DNA of 64,000 nucleotides, taken from contig NC_045138.2 in NCBI RefSeq assembly GCF_008831285.2, positions 31,682,001-31,746,000 of the forward strand, given 5' to 3'. Below the pieces are notes generated by a model. That model did no database searches, had not been told where the DNA came from, and saw only the letters and a program-made list of their open reading frames with translations. The DNA is from Nymphaea colorata. Its lineage: Eukaryota. A program made the position numbers and the translations under genes. This document shows, one piece after another, positions 51,791 to 64,000 of the stretch (position 1 is its first letter; each line of letters starts with the position of its first letter).

Positions 51791-54700
51791 ATGGTTGGAG
51801 GAGCAAGCAGGAGGGACGATGGGCCCTTGGGGATAAACAGATCGAATGGATTTGCAGCACTTGAGAGCCTCCGCAGGAAGAAGAAATCTGACAAGAGTTC
51901 ATCGAAGAACAAGGGCTCGAAGACTCCGGCAAAAGAAGCAGAGCCTCAGGTTTTTTGGGCTCCTGCACCGCTGACCGTTAAATCGTGGGCTGACGTCGAT
52001 GATGACGATGATTACTATGCTACAACAGCTCCACCTCAGTCAGTCTGGGGTGCGCCCGAGCAGCAGCAGACCAAGGATACCTCAAGCGTTGCCGAGGTAA
52101 GAGCCTTTTTACTTTTAGTCTGTCTCACTTGTTGTGGCTTTTCCGTGGCCTTAAGATGGATTTTATTGAATATCGTCATACGAATGTTGGTGATGAATGT
52201 TGTAGCTGGAGAAAATGAATTTGCATTTACTTTCTTCGTTGGTGTAGGTTGGAGTTGTTTTATGTCAAATTTGGCCCCTTATGCTCACTGACAGCTACTG
52301 GTTTGATAAACTTTCTTTCTTAGTTACGTGTTTATTCTGGTCTTTAACTTGACTAAATGACCAATGGCCGACTTCTTTTTTCTGATCGTTTGCAGATGAG
52401 ATTACAACCAATTTTCTGTGGGGATTTGACGTTCTAAAGTTTTTGTATGTTTAATGAATGATATTGTTTCTTTATGGTTTTATGTGTGTGCACATGCTCA
52501 TTTTTGGAAGGTGAACATGATTTCCATGGGATGCAAATTAGACATGAGACTGGATATGTGTGGTGCACTGCACAAACCGACGAAGAAAGAGAGAGAGTAT
52601 AATCGCATAAATCCATGTTTTATTTTATCGACCGTATATATACTGTTTTTGTATATATTTCGTAGGAATTATCAAAAATAAAACATTTAGTATATTAAAT
52701 TTTGGTTGTGATTTACTAAGTCTATTAGCCAAAAGAAAATTGAGAAAGGTTTGTAAATTCTTCCAATGACGCAGTTTAAAAGAAATATCGAAGGCATAGC
52801 TCACTCATTCAATAACAATATGTGTGTGTGTAAAGCTTGCATTTGTATTGTGATTAAGCATTGTTGAAGATGATATCTTATTCAAACAGAAGAATGAGAC
52901 AAATGAAAAAGGCATTGAAGTTCTTATCTATGAGGGTTTCAAAATCAGCTTCTGAATTTAAACATGCAATTTTTTTTTTTGTGAGAGAATGTGTGTCATG
53001 AAGTAGGCAGTGTTTGCTTTTAAATTTGAGTAAATAGAGTTCCTTTTATTACAATTTTCAAAGAGCGGTTTTATTTACAATTCACAAATTTTTGGCCACT
53101 GATGGACGGCTCTGTTAGATTTCATATACTTGTTATAATCGATGGACACACACACACACGTATAGCTTTTCTCTTGTTGTGGCCAAAAATGCACTGGAAG
53201 TGCCATTAATTCTTCGTACATATAGTCTTAGATGGCATGCTAAAGATACCATGAAAGAATTTTTGGTGGTGCTCACATTCCATACATATGTATGCATGTG
53301 TGTAGTGTATGTATGTATGTATGTATGTGTTATGTGCATACAGATTCTTGTTTTGCGCAAAAAGGTAACAGTGCACTGTTTTTTCTTACAGAACTCAAAC
53401 ATTGTAGAAAGTTTTTTTGCCAAAACAAGAATATATATGTATTTCTTGGAAGCAGCACCAAATATACTTATGGTGTTTTTTGCATGTTATCTAAGACTAT
53501 GAATTAATGTAACTTTCAGTACTTCTTTTGCCCACAACAAAAGAGTAGTTGTGTGTGTGTGTGTGTGTGTGTAGCTGTTCTCAGGTTCTTGTCAAAGAGA
53601 AATGCACTTGGCGTGCAGAATGATCCATAGAGTGGTGAGGCTTCTGTATCCTGAACATAGAAAGGTTTCTAAAGTATTGCTGTATTTTGTCTCACCAGTG
53701 TTCCATTTCTCGTGAGTAGTTTATGGATTTGAAAATAGAAGATCTCAGCCAATTGCATGTTTCCTTTTTATGAAATTGAAAGTGTAGTATCTGGCATTTA
53801 TTAGGGAATTAGACTTTTGCTATTTTATTGTTACAGTCTCCATGGAAACTGTTAGTTGCCTTGAGGGGTATAGTGTAGTTGGTTGGGCTGGTAGGCATGC
53901 AGACCACATGCCATTAGTTACGTTTGGGTCACTTGTTACCCTTTTTTCTTTTTCCCTGCAGGAAAGTGAAACTGAAGATGATATGCTGGATGAGGGTGAT
54001 GATATTGATGAGGATGAGCATGAACATGAACACGAACATGATGTGCCTCCTCCAGTTGAACCAGAGGTGAAGAAACCACTTCAACCTGCTGTGGCTCCTA
54101 AGGAGACTGAACGACAGCTCTCAAAGAAGGAACTGAAGAAGAAGGAGTTGGCAGAACTTGAGGCCGTTTTAGCTGAGCTGGGTCTTAATAAGCCAAGTGA
54201 GAAAGAAGAATCACAAGGTAGATATCAAGTAGATTTGTTCAATGTTCAACTTCTTGCTTTAAATGACCTCATTTTACTGGTAATGGATTTTAAGGTTATT
54301 AGCTGACTTTTTTAATATTTAGGTTCTTTATGGAGCCAGATTTTCCATTTGTGCCGTAATCTTCTCTAAAGTTCTAAACCGATCAGATTGTCCAAACCTG
54401 CTTATTTTGTCCTTATTTGCATTTTATGGTTTACTGGAACATGGTAGTTGGACATATTTATGTGTTCCTAGTGCTCTCTCTCTCTCTCTCACTCACATTT
54501 TCACTCTTTGGGTGCCTGCTTTAGGAGGTGAAGTAGAGAAAAAGGGGGAGGAGGTGAATGGAACTGCAGAAAAGAAAGAGGGTTGTTCTACACAAGCTGA
54601 GAGCAAAAGTGCCAAAAAGAAGAAGGCAAAGAAGGAAAAGGCAGCCAAAGAAGCAAAAGATCCTCAGGAGCAGATGAATGGTTCTCATGTTGATGGCCCT

Positions 54701-54919
54701 GAGGAAGTTGCAGAGAATGAACTAGCTGAAGAAGGTACCCCACAGATTGACATGAAAGAGCGGCTGAAGAAAGTAGCTTCTTCAAAGAAGAAAAAATCTG
54801 GCAAAGAGTTGGATGGTGCTGCCAAAGCAGCTGCAATTGAGGCTGCTGCTCGAAGTGCCAAGCTTGCTGCTGCAAAGAAGAAAGAGAAGGCTCATTATAA
54901 TCAACAGCCTGTGCGGTAA
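51791..54919 (+). CDS. Conserved plant protein of unknown function (~318 aa, highly charged, probably disordered; resembles Arabidopsis AT4G32610/AT2G25670 from recall)
   Basis: Exons 51791-52096, 53962-54217, 54525-54919 (957 nt, GT-AG, phases consistent). Blocks NGFAALESLRRKKKSDK, QVFWAPAPLTVKSWADVDDDDDYYATTAPP, KETERQLSKKELKKKELAELEAVLAELG, AAARSAKLAAAKKKEKAHYNQQPVR. The family assignment was not checked by search. Confidence 0.85.
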
Positions 54920-56528
54920 GTTCCTTCTGTGTTTGTCTCTTGTGCAGGTGGGAATTCCTTAGTTCGTTTGGTGCATCAGGAATAAAGCCACCGGCCGTGG
55001 TCTCACAACGATGATCTTCTTGTTGTTCTGTCTTTTTGTTTGAAAAAGCTTCCTTTGGCATCTCAATCTTCTGTAGCAGAGCCAGATATTCCCTTAGCTT
55101 CATGCGAACACTGATTGCTCTCTGAGACTGTTTAAATAGTTCAATCTTTTCTTTTGTATATACACTTGGCCACGGTTTTTCTCTGCTAAAGACAAACTAA
55201 AACCACCCATAGCTGTTCAGTTTAACTACTTTGATCCACTCATCCGTCCTGGAGCTGTTGTAAGGTATAAGGGACGCAACTTCTAGGGTATAAGACTGAT
55301 CATGAGGCTTGTCTAGCATGTACAGGAATCAGCCTCATCCAAGGTTGACCTGACCCAATGTCCCTGGGAAGTTGTATTTGATCGCTTGGAAACTACTTTG
55401 TTTCAAACTTCCAATACCTAGCGTAGTATCGTCTTTGTCCATTTAGCCATCTTCGAGGCTGCTAGTTTCATAAGCAAATGTAAACGACACCCTCTTCAAT
55501 TCCGAACTCGACCAAAAGGACATGGCGGGTAACTTAGACCAGTGATGAAACTTGTATATAATCAAAACATCCAAATGGTGTACAGTGATTGAATGAAAAC
55601 AAGTGCAATTTCTTGGTTTAGTTTGGCTGTTTTTGTTTGTTATTTTGTGTGGTCTAGTATTATTTCTGATTTTTCTATCCCCTTTGTTTGGGACAAATCA
55701 AGCACTTACCAGCCTTTCGGTTTAGCTCTTCTGGGAAATAAGAACCTTGCAGCCTTCTCTTTCTCCGTGCCTTTATGTATCATTTATTTTGTCTATTTCT
55801 AGGGGAAAGTTTTTGTAATAGGTTTAGCAAAGGCAATGAGATCTGGAAATATTTATCCAAGAAATTTTGAAGTGCATATTGGACTCCGCCCTTTAATCAG
55901 TTAAAACTTGAGAAGGTTCTACAGGCACTAACCTGTACGTATGAAATTTGATGCCTGTTGAGAATTAAACAGTTGCTTGCATGAAACCTACAAACTGCTC
56001 CACTATGTCAACCTCCTTGGATCTGAATATTTCCTAGCTGCCACTCGGAAACCATTTAAATTCTATTTTTCCAACGTAATACTGTTGCAGGAGGTCCACT
56101 GGTTTTACCAAGTGCACAAATTCCTGTCACATTTGGAGAAATCATCACCTCCGTTTGGTACAGAGATTTCTCACTTTCTGCAGGTTCTGTCGCAGTGTGC
56201 CGCCAAGGCAGTCACTCGATCGATTTGCACCATTAATGACAGGAAGGAATTTGCTGCATGTTTCAAGCTCTGAAACATAGCCGCAACAATTTTTTTTTCT
56301 CTCCTTCCTTTACCTGTTTGTTATATATTAGCTAAAAGGGTGCACTGAGAGCATGAAAGCAAAAGAAACCCATGTTCACGCCCATACGCCCCATTCAAAA
56401 AGCGATCTCTGCTCAAGAGTAGATACGGAAAAAATGAATTTGAATTATGCCTTCAACTCCAACTGTTCAATAGGTAATCAAAATTTTCCCCATGACACAT
56501 GGTACAATTACTGCAAGTGGAGAAGTCA

Positions 56529-59500
56529 TTACCAGAACCTCCACGGGTCTTTATATGGAGGGACGTAATTCTCTGTGGGAGGGATAAGTCGAAATGATTC
56601 CACGGTTCTCTTCAAATAAGGTCCCATCTGCAGCAGTTCAAATTGCTTCTGTCAAGTGATTAGACATTTCAGAAAGAGATGCATGCATGAGCGTTCATTT
56701 GCAGTTATCCCACGCTCGTGAACATGCACATGCAACATACACGTACTCTGTTTTTGTCAATTCATGGCCTAATAACGGATGTGGCTCATCATTACTACTA
56801 AGAAAACAGACTTACAAGATTCCATTGCTTACTAGGAGTCGAAGCAGTCAATGAGTACAGGTAACCTGCAACAGAATCATTTTGCACCTTCAGTGGTTAC
56901 TGATAACATACTTTCACACATAAAAGCAAAATCAGTAAGATTGCATGAGGTCTTGTCATTGAATAGTTGAAATCATTGCGATCCAATAATCGCAGAGTTG
57001 TTCATAGACTTGAAGTTCAAGGCAGATGTCACTAAGGGGAGGCTGGACGAGGGAAGATCTCCATTATCAATGTGACAATACACTCTTTAGAATTAAGTAC
57101 ATTTCTAGCACTCCATCACTATAATAAACGCTAAACAATACCTACTCCAAACTGGCCTTCAAAACTAAGTAAAGCTGTTTCATATATCCAGCAGTTTGTC
57201 AGATACAAGATCTGCTCTAAGCCTTTAACTACATAGGATTCTTAGATAGTCCAGGATGCTTTGCGGAGATTATAGACAAACTAATATAGCAGAGGGTTAA
57301 CAATCCAATTTCTGCTTTTGTGACCTAACCTGTGTTTCAGTTATAAAAATTTGTCACCAGTTTCATTGAACTTAGATTTCAATAACAGATTAACATAGGC
57401 TCTGACTTATCATAACCATATCAGCAGGCGATTCATAGTTATACTACATGAATCTTACTTTTTCTGAGGAAGCACATTACATGAAAATAATGGCATAGAA
57501 ACAACATTTTAGCTATTTTTATGAGAAAGTTGATAGTAGACTCATAGAAAAGATGCAAGAGTTTCATTTTTTATCATTTCAGCAGCAAAGTTCCACCTTC
57601 ATGACTGTATGCATTCACACAACAAAAGGCACTGAAGAACATTGAGTACTCCAAATGTGTCAAAATGTATCAGAAGATATATGCCAATCCAACCACAGGT
57701 TGATGTTTGGACACTGCTGACGATAACTAATATTGTTGCCAAACATTTCATTAGAGTGGAGTGAGCAAAAACAGAGGTCACATAAAATAGAATGCAGAAT
57801 GAACTATTAAATTCCAATCATACCATCTCGTTCAGCCGTTGAAGCCAAGTAATGCCTATAGTTGGCTCCTTGGTCCTGCATGTTCATGGCAAAAAGAACA
57901 GAAATGATAGAGAGAAGTAATTCGAGATTTACCTGGACAACTAGCACACATATGCTCAATGTCAATGCAACCCACGCTGGAACAATTCAGGTGCAATATT
58001 CCTTTTTTCCTTTTCCCCAAGTAACAAAACAAGAAAATGAAAATAGGAGGAAGCTCTTATTTTCTCATGAAATAGACAAGTAACTACGTGGAATAAGCTA
58101 AAAAAGCTAAAAAGATTTCTCCCTTGCTCCTGTCCCACATTCCTAAGGCGTTTTCAGTTAAAAAGATTTCAGCATTCTCATCTTTATCTAGGGATAAGGT
58201 CATATATAACTCTTTTCATGTATATGTCCTCTACAATATGTGAGTGTCTGTGCACGTTTTCAGTGAAGAGATCGGGGGGCCTATCAAACAGCAACCCAAA
58301 AGCAACTTTATTTGTAAAGGCTAAAGTGATACGTAAATTTGGGGATCAATACAACCCTGCACAAGCAAGGAACAAATAAGACCTTATGATGCTTGCTTTC
58401 TCTATGCATGATGTTGCATATCGGGATAAGAAAACCAACAGTTTGCCTTAGTTCTGAACATCCGAAAATGCCTTGAGATATGGACGGCTTTGTTCTAATT
58501 ATGTTTTTCGTGTGTCAACGGGAATAGAAAGAGAGTAGGAAACTGCCCTTTCTTTATGGGATGCTATATTCTTAACATCACAACCTCTACGTCAGGCATA
58601 TAGATTCATTCATGCAGTTGTTTTACAGGTACAGAGTAGCTTTGTAATAGCTGAAAAATAGATGAAGGTAGACTCACTCACAGGTCTAGTTGGAGATTTT
58701 CGTATGAGATATTCATAATACCAGTAAGGCTCTCCATCAACCTGCAAAATGATGCAACTTATCACCAGACTTCCTCAACATAGAGCTAAATAGGAAAAAC
58801 ACTTTTCTGTAACCAGTGCTTTTGACTATCAATCGTTTTGGACAAACAAGCTACAACCAAGGAGAGTCGAAAGCAAACTCTCATAGCTTACATCAGTACA
58901 ATGTGCATCAATGACAGAACTCTCGGACATGCGTTGGCCAGTACTTACACGCTGAAACAGAGGAAAAGGAAAAGTCAAGCATAATAAAATTCATCCATAA
59001 AATTTTAGAATTTAAAAAATGTCACTCTCTTTGACAAGTGCATAACTGCACATGCAAATCCAAGAAACAATTACTCATTCAAACAAAATCATATCTTCGT
59101 CTAGATATACATACAAAAAGGTAGTTTGTTGTTTTCTTGCTAACAAGCCTCACAAATTTCACCTAATAATGTACACTGACTTCCATGGAACTTAGTGATA
59201 TTCTAAATTCCATTTCTCAAAAGATATAAGTGGAAAAGCAAAAGGAAACATGAAACGGTGTGCTCCCTTAAGCAGCTATAGAGTCAATTTACATCATGTT
59301 CCAAGTAAATTACAAGAAGCCACCTAATTTAATTAATGAGCTTCCCAATCTTAAGGATATCATATTACAACCAATAGCTTGTTTTTTTATTTTGAAGTTC
59401 TTTGGAGCAACAAAATAGGAACAAAACTAATGACTCCATTTTGAGAAAACAACAAAAGTTGGAGATTTAAAGAAGCAACATTTTCAAAACAAAAATGAAG

Positions 59501-62500
59501 AAAGCAGGTGATTGAATGTAATGTCCAAAACATGCTTTTGAAATTCACTCCCTTTAAATAAACTAAATGCATTTCTACATCAAACATCATGCCATAAGTC
59601 AATGGTGTAGCTAAAGGTTGCCTGTTGAAGACAAATGGAAATATATATACCAGGGATGATCTGTCTGATAAGACAGAGTCAGCAACATCTTTGGCATTCC
59701 ACGTTCTTTTATCGTTTGATTTCAAGAAAAGTGAATTTGGAGGACCTATCTGCAAGGGGAATAAACTTCATTTCAACTAAAAGCATGAAACAAGCATCCA
59801 GAAAGCATCAAAGTAATAGAAAGCTAAAGTGAACAAAGAAAAGTATATCAAAATACCGAGACTGAAATTACTAAATTATGGATCATGTCAACACGTTCAG
59901 ACACAATACGCTGGCGTGCATCAGCTGAATTAAGTATAACCATCAATCAGTTGAACCTTCTCAATAAACCAAAACATATTAGTACAGAAAAAGTGTACAT
60001 AACAAATAAAATAAAATACATACCAGATAATGGTGCAGCGGATGAATAACGCTCCGGTTTTCTTGACTCCACCCTTCAAATAATATATAAGACAATCAGA
60101 GATACCTGTTAACTTTCATACCATTTGAAAGAAGGGCCTCGATCTAACTCTAATAGCCCAAAAAAGGGGGCAAAAAAAAAAAGGAAACTGCAAGCATATA
60201 AAAAAAAAAGCCTTCTGACTTCAGTTTGGGCAGCAAATGTCTCGCCATTTCTTGTACCTTGAATCCACATATGTTCCCAAGGTCCAAGGATCAATCAACC
60301 TTGATGAGACTAGTAAAGGTTACATAACCCGCAAACAAACAGCATAAAGTCATCCTAATATGGGGTTTTTCTCAAGAAAAGGGGATGTCTGAAATGAAAT
60401 GTCTTACACTTTCAATTTTTCACATGAGCTTACTCTGGATATGGCATTATAGAAGGTTACAGCACAACATTTTGGGACAACATTGCAAGTATATCTTCAA
60501 TGTAGAAAAGGTCAAACTGAACTGAGTTTTGATTCTTTGAACCAAAAGTGATCTAGGCCTGTGAGACGGCTTTCAAGCAGCTCCAATGAGTCTGTCGCGT
60601 AACTCACTTAAGGGAACGATCTCAGACTCTAAGTGAATCATTGGTTTGAACTTTGAACCACAAATGAAGTTCGGCAATTCTTGGAGCAAAAAGCTCTAAA
60701 TTGGTTTTTGCAATGTAAATTGTAAATTTTTCATATATATTCATTGGTAAAGTTTTCATATATATTCATAGTTTTTCTTACTCTATGGATAAAATCACTA
60801 AAATCATTTTTCTATGTTTTAACTTTTCTAAGTGAGAACACATTCCTCTAAAATAGGAACTAAAAGTTATGCTAGCAATCTTGCCTAACACACTACTGAG
60901 ATTCGTTGTAGTGGAACCCAAGTTTTGATCTCAACAATGCAATCTGCTCCTTTTAGTCCTTCCTCAATACTTTTGCAAATTCTGATAACCAACAACAATG
61001 TGTTCTCTACATATGCAATTATCATTCCAAAAAAAATGCTACTCCTGTTTACATATGCAATCAGGGTCTTTATCAACCAACTGTGTATTAGACCACAATA
61101 TGACAGCAAGCAATACAAAAAAATACTTTTAGGTTAAAAAGTCAGCTAATAATGCAGCAAGTTTGGTGCATACTGCATATATTTTTATAATTCTGTTCAA
61201 ATTCAGTCTTGCAATCTACATTAGAACAGGATTCTCATAAAAGTTAGTTGATAATGCTAATTGCTAACTGTCTCATTAATATAGGATTCTATATTGGCTT
61301 TTTATTTGCTGAAGAAGAAGATAAAATGCAGTAAAACTTGTTAATCAATTATCAAAGTGATAAGATGACAGAATTGCTTAGGTGCATTATGTTAGAACTT
61401 ATGCCGACAATAACGTTGATGTGTTAATACTTAAAAGGCGATGCCGTAATGAACTGAAATGCATTTGATTAAAAATTCAAAAAGAAGCAGCTATCATCAA
61501 GAAAAGAAATAGAACTGTCTAATGTTAGAAAGTGGAGGAGAATGAAGAGTTGCTTGCCATTTGAAGGAAAACTTTTTACTAGGAAGCTCCAAAGGGTATA
61601 AGAAAGAACAAGAATTTATTTCATCAAGCAGCAAAGCATTTGATACATCTTCATCTTGTTCAACTTCAACCGCACCTGCAGACATTAAAAACAATCGGAG
61701 AGATGAATGGATTAACAAAGCAAGGAAACGGCACTGCAGCGGTCATGTTCCTTTCTTTTTGGTTCACCCTTCACTCTTTTCTTTTGTGTTCTCCTTTTCA
61801 GAAAAAGGGAAGCTATGTGAGAGTAGAAAGTAATACTAACATTATGAAGAATAAAAAACTTGTCCTAACTCCACCGAACTCATGTGACAATGGGAAAATC
61901 AAAGACTATCCTGGACCCATATTCTTATCAATGTCAATCAAAAGATTGATCATATGAAGCCAAAAACATGAACAGAAAATATTTAGAAAGCCATAAAGAA
62001 CACAGAGGAATATCTAACAACAGCCGTATATCATCATGACTGAGTATGAGTGGAAATGCCCAACAGCAATAAAATGATTGTTCATTACGAAAACGCCACC
62101 ACAAAAAAAATCCTTCAGAGACAAAATTAGCTACATTACATGAAAACTTCCACATTTACAAGCATGAAGTGTCCGTGTCCAACAAGTTTTCCACCAAAAC
62201 TCCTGAGATGCTTAATTTGTTCTTATGATCCCCTTTGAGCCCCTCTTGATTAAAGAGAGCAAACCCATAGTTCCTTGCCTTTTCAATGTTTTTATTCTTA
62301 TAATCATGAACTTGAGATACAGGATTTGATAACGGCCGGGAAGATACTAGATGGTAATGGTAGTCGGTAGCTTACTGGCCGATCCGGTCATTCCAGCAGC
62401 TGACCCCCAGCCCATACATCTCTAATAAGTAATAACCCGATCAGACTAGACCGATTCAGAAGAAAAATAAAGAAACAAGCCTTCTTAGTCGTCTTGTCAA

Positions 62501-63384
62501 CTCACCTAAATCGACACCAAAGAGTTTCATATGTCATCATCATCAAGATTTTATTAGCGAAAGAACAACTAGCGGCGACCTTTTTCCTTCTTAGGCAAAT
62601 CTAAAGTCTAAACACTAAACTCCTAATTTTTTTTAAAAAAAAAAAACTCAAAAACGTTATAAATGCCAATATTGCGTGATATTCGCATCACAGGCGAAGT
62701 CATATTTCTATCAGAAACCGATATTTGTGACTACAAACAACTGAAAAATGCTTTAATTAATCAAAGCGAAGTCTTTAGCGGAAATAAAGTAAGGTCTCCC
62801 TCGCGTCCAAAGTTTCTCTGCTCATTCTGTTCACGTAATTCAAATACCAATTGCGATTGTACAACAAGTAAAGATGGACGGGAAAAGGAAAAGCAGTGGG
62901 AAAACTTCGACATGTTCTCCTTCAGAAAATAATGAGTACGACAGGCTGAAGGAAATGTACCTGAATCGGGAGAGAAAACAAGAGACGAAGCCGCTCCGCA
63001 GAACCCCAACCCTAGAAGCACGAAATCCCTCCGCGAATTCCCCCTGTCCGGCACCGACGACACGGAGGCTCGAACTCGAAGGCCACCTCCCTTGCTGACG
63101 AATCCTGGCCATGATTTTGCTCTCCGCGTAAACTCATTACTGTCTCCCGATCCAAAAGCGCATGCTCTGCATCGACGAAAACGACTTCCGTGAAGAAGAA
63201 GGAGAACAACAAGAAGTAGGAGGAGGAGGAGGAGGACTCTACGGGATTGAATTAAGAGCGGAAAACAAGTAGCAACTTAGCTTCGGTTGAGAAGATGATG
63301 GAATTACCTAGAGGAAGAGAGACTGAGTGGGAAACTTTGAGCCGAGCCGGGAGAGGGGCAGAGGAGATGGAGAGATGCCGCCAT
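56529..63384 (-). CDS. PPD5: PsbP domain-containing protein 5, chloroplast thylakoid lumen, ~312 aa
   Basis: Exons (minus) 63384-63308, 63166-62961, 61675-61558, 60073-60024, 59924-59857, 59749-59651, 58951-58892, 58741-58682, 57875-57824, 56865-56816, 56627-56529 (939 nt, phases consistent). Ser-rich transit peptide, twin-Arg signal SRRDFVLLGLGF...SGA, then YPLELPSKKFSFKWVESRKPERYSSAAPLS, IGPPNS, DGEPYWYYEYL, STAERDGYLY and C-terminus YVPPYKDPWRFW. Intron 3 has a GC donor. Confidence 0.92.
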
Positions 63385-63816
63385 TTTTCGCTTCGCAGGC
63401 TTGCAGCCGACGCTTCCGCCTCCTCCCGCTGGCGCGCTCCCGCTACTTGGGTTCTATCTCTGCAAAATTATGGCGGACAATCGCTCCGCATTTTTTCTAA
63501 TTAAATAATTTAAAGTACCGATCTACCCTTACTTAGGGAGCTAGAGAATCGGGTCCGACCCGACGCTAACGGATATTGTGTCTCAAAATTTTTTTAACCA
63601 AAACTGTCAAAAGGCAAAGGCAAATCTCATGTCAACCGTATTATATTTATTTTACGGGATGTTTGATAAGAAAAATATTGTGTTTTTGGAATATTATTTT
63701 CTTATACTAAATAAACCTAAATGGTCGAAGATTTATACAGAAATAATAGAGGAGAAAAATCGATCCATTTAACCTCCATAGCAATACTTTTAATCTCAAA
63801 ATCAACGTTAACTCAG

Positions 63817-64000
63817 TAGGCCTGGGCATTGGGCCGGACCGGCCCGCTACCCGGCCTGTTTATTAACGGTGAGGGTTAAGTCGGGTCCCGGGCCTCGTCA
63901 ACCACGTCTGAGGCCCGGCCCATTTTTTTTAACGGCATTTCCTCTGTTCATCACCGCCCTCTCCTGTCTCGCCACCCTCAACTCCCTCTCGTTCAATGCC
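63817..64000. mobile_element. Left part of a GGGCC-rich MITE, running to the window edge
   Basis: taggcctgggcattgggccggaccggcccg resembles the left end of 1375-1581. Confidence 0.45.

Noticed and set aside
52191..52291. Intronic GTGATGA ... CTGA resembling a box C/D snoRNA
   Set aside because: Only a weak 4-bp terminal stem and no recognisable rRNA/snRNA antisense guide. A snoscan or Rfam search would be needed.
54588..55103. 171-aa minus-strand ORF
   Set aside because: Antisense to exon 3 and the 3'UTR of the plus-strand gene, with no independent support.
62506..62579. Possible poison cassette exon in PPD5 intron 2 (strong GTGAGT donor), also containing a miR172-like 22-mer at 62531-62552
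   Set aside because: The acceptor is preceded by a purine run. The miR172 similarity has mismatches and an indel, rests on a (GAT)n repeat, and lacks a hairpin.
62840..63112. 90-aa minus-strand ORF MARIRQQGRW as PPD5 start
   Set aside because: Wrong frame. The twin-arginine signal and phase continuity require the frame starting at ATG 63384.

Overview
This is flowering-plant nuclear DNA: AT-rich, spliced genes, many MITEs, SINEs and microsatellites, and no prokaryotic features or CRISPR. The species cannot be fixed from sequence alone. Five protein-coding genes could be reconstructed, most of them only partly visible in the ORF track: (1) Rab escort protein REP, + strand, 2697-8670, 9 exons; (2) an intronless DVL/RTFL peptide gene, +, 27754-27927, 57 aa; (3) Qa-SNARE syntaxin SYP32-like, +, 33225-39394, 5 exons, one GC-AG intron; (4) a conserved, highly charged protein of unknown function ending HYNQQPVR, +, 51791-54919, 3 exons; (5) thylakoid-lumen PsbP-domain protein PPD5, -, 63384-56529, 11 exons, one GC-AG intron. 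A frameshifted UDP-glycosyltransferase pseudogene lies at about 41.7-42.8 kb (-). The best novelty candidates are a two-exon 72-aa membrane microprotein gene (-, 12418-11995) missed by the ORF track, a 101-codon in-frame open extension after the DVL stop codon, and an in-frame alternative acceptor that would insert a poly-Leu helix into the PPD5 transit peptide. Spliced uORFs in the SYP32 leader and several tRNA-derived SINE families also merit a check. All exon models were derived by hand from splice signals, phase continuity and recalled family motifs, and need transcript confirmation.
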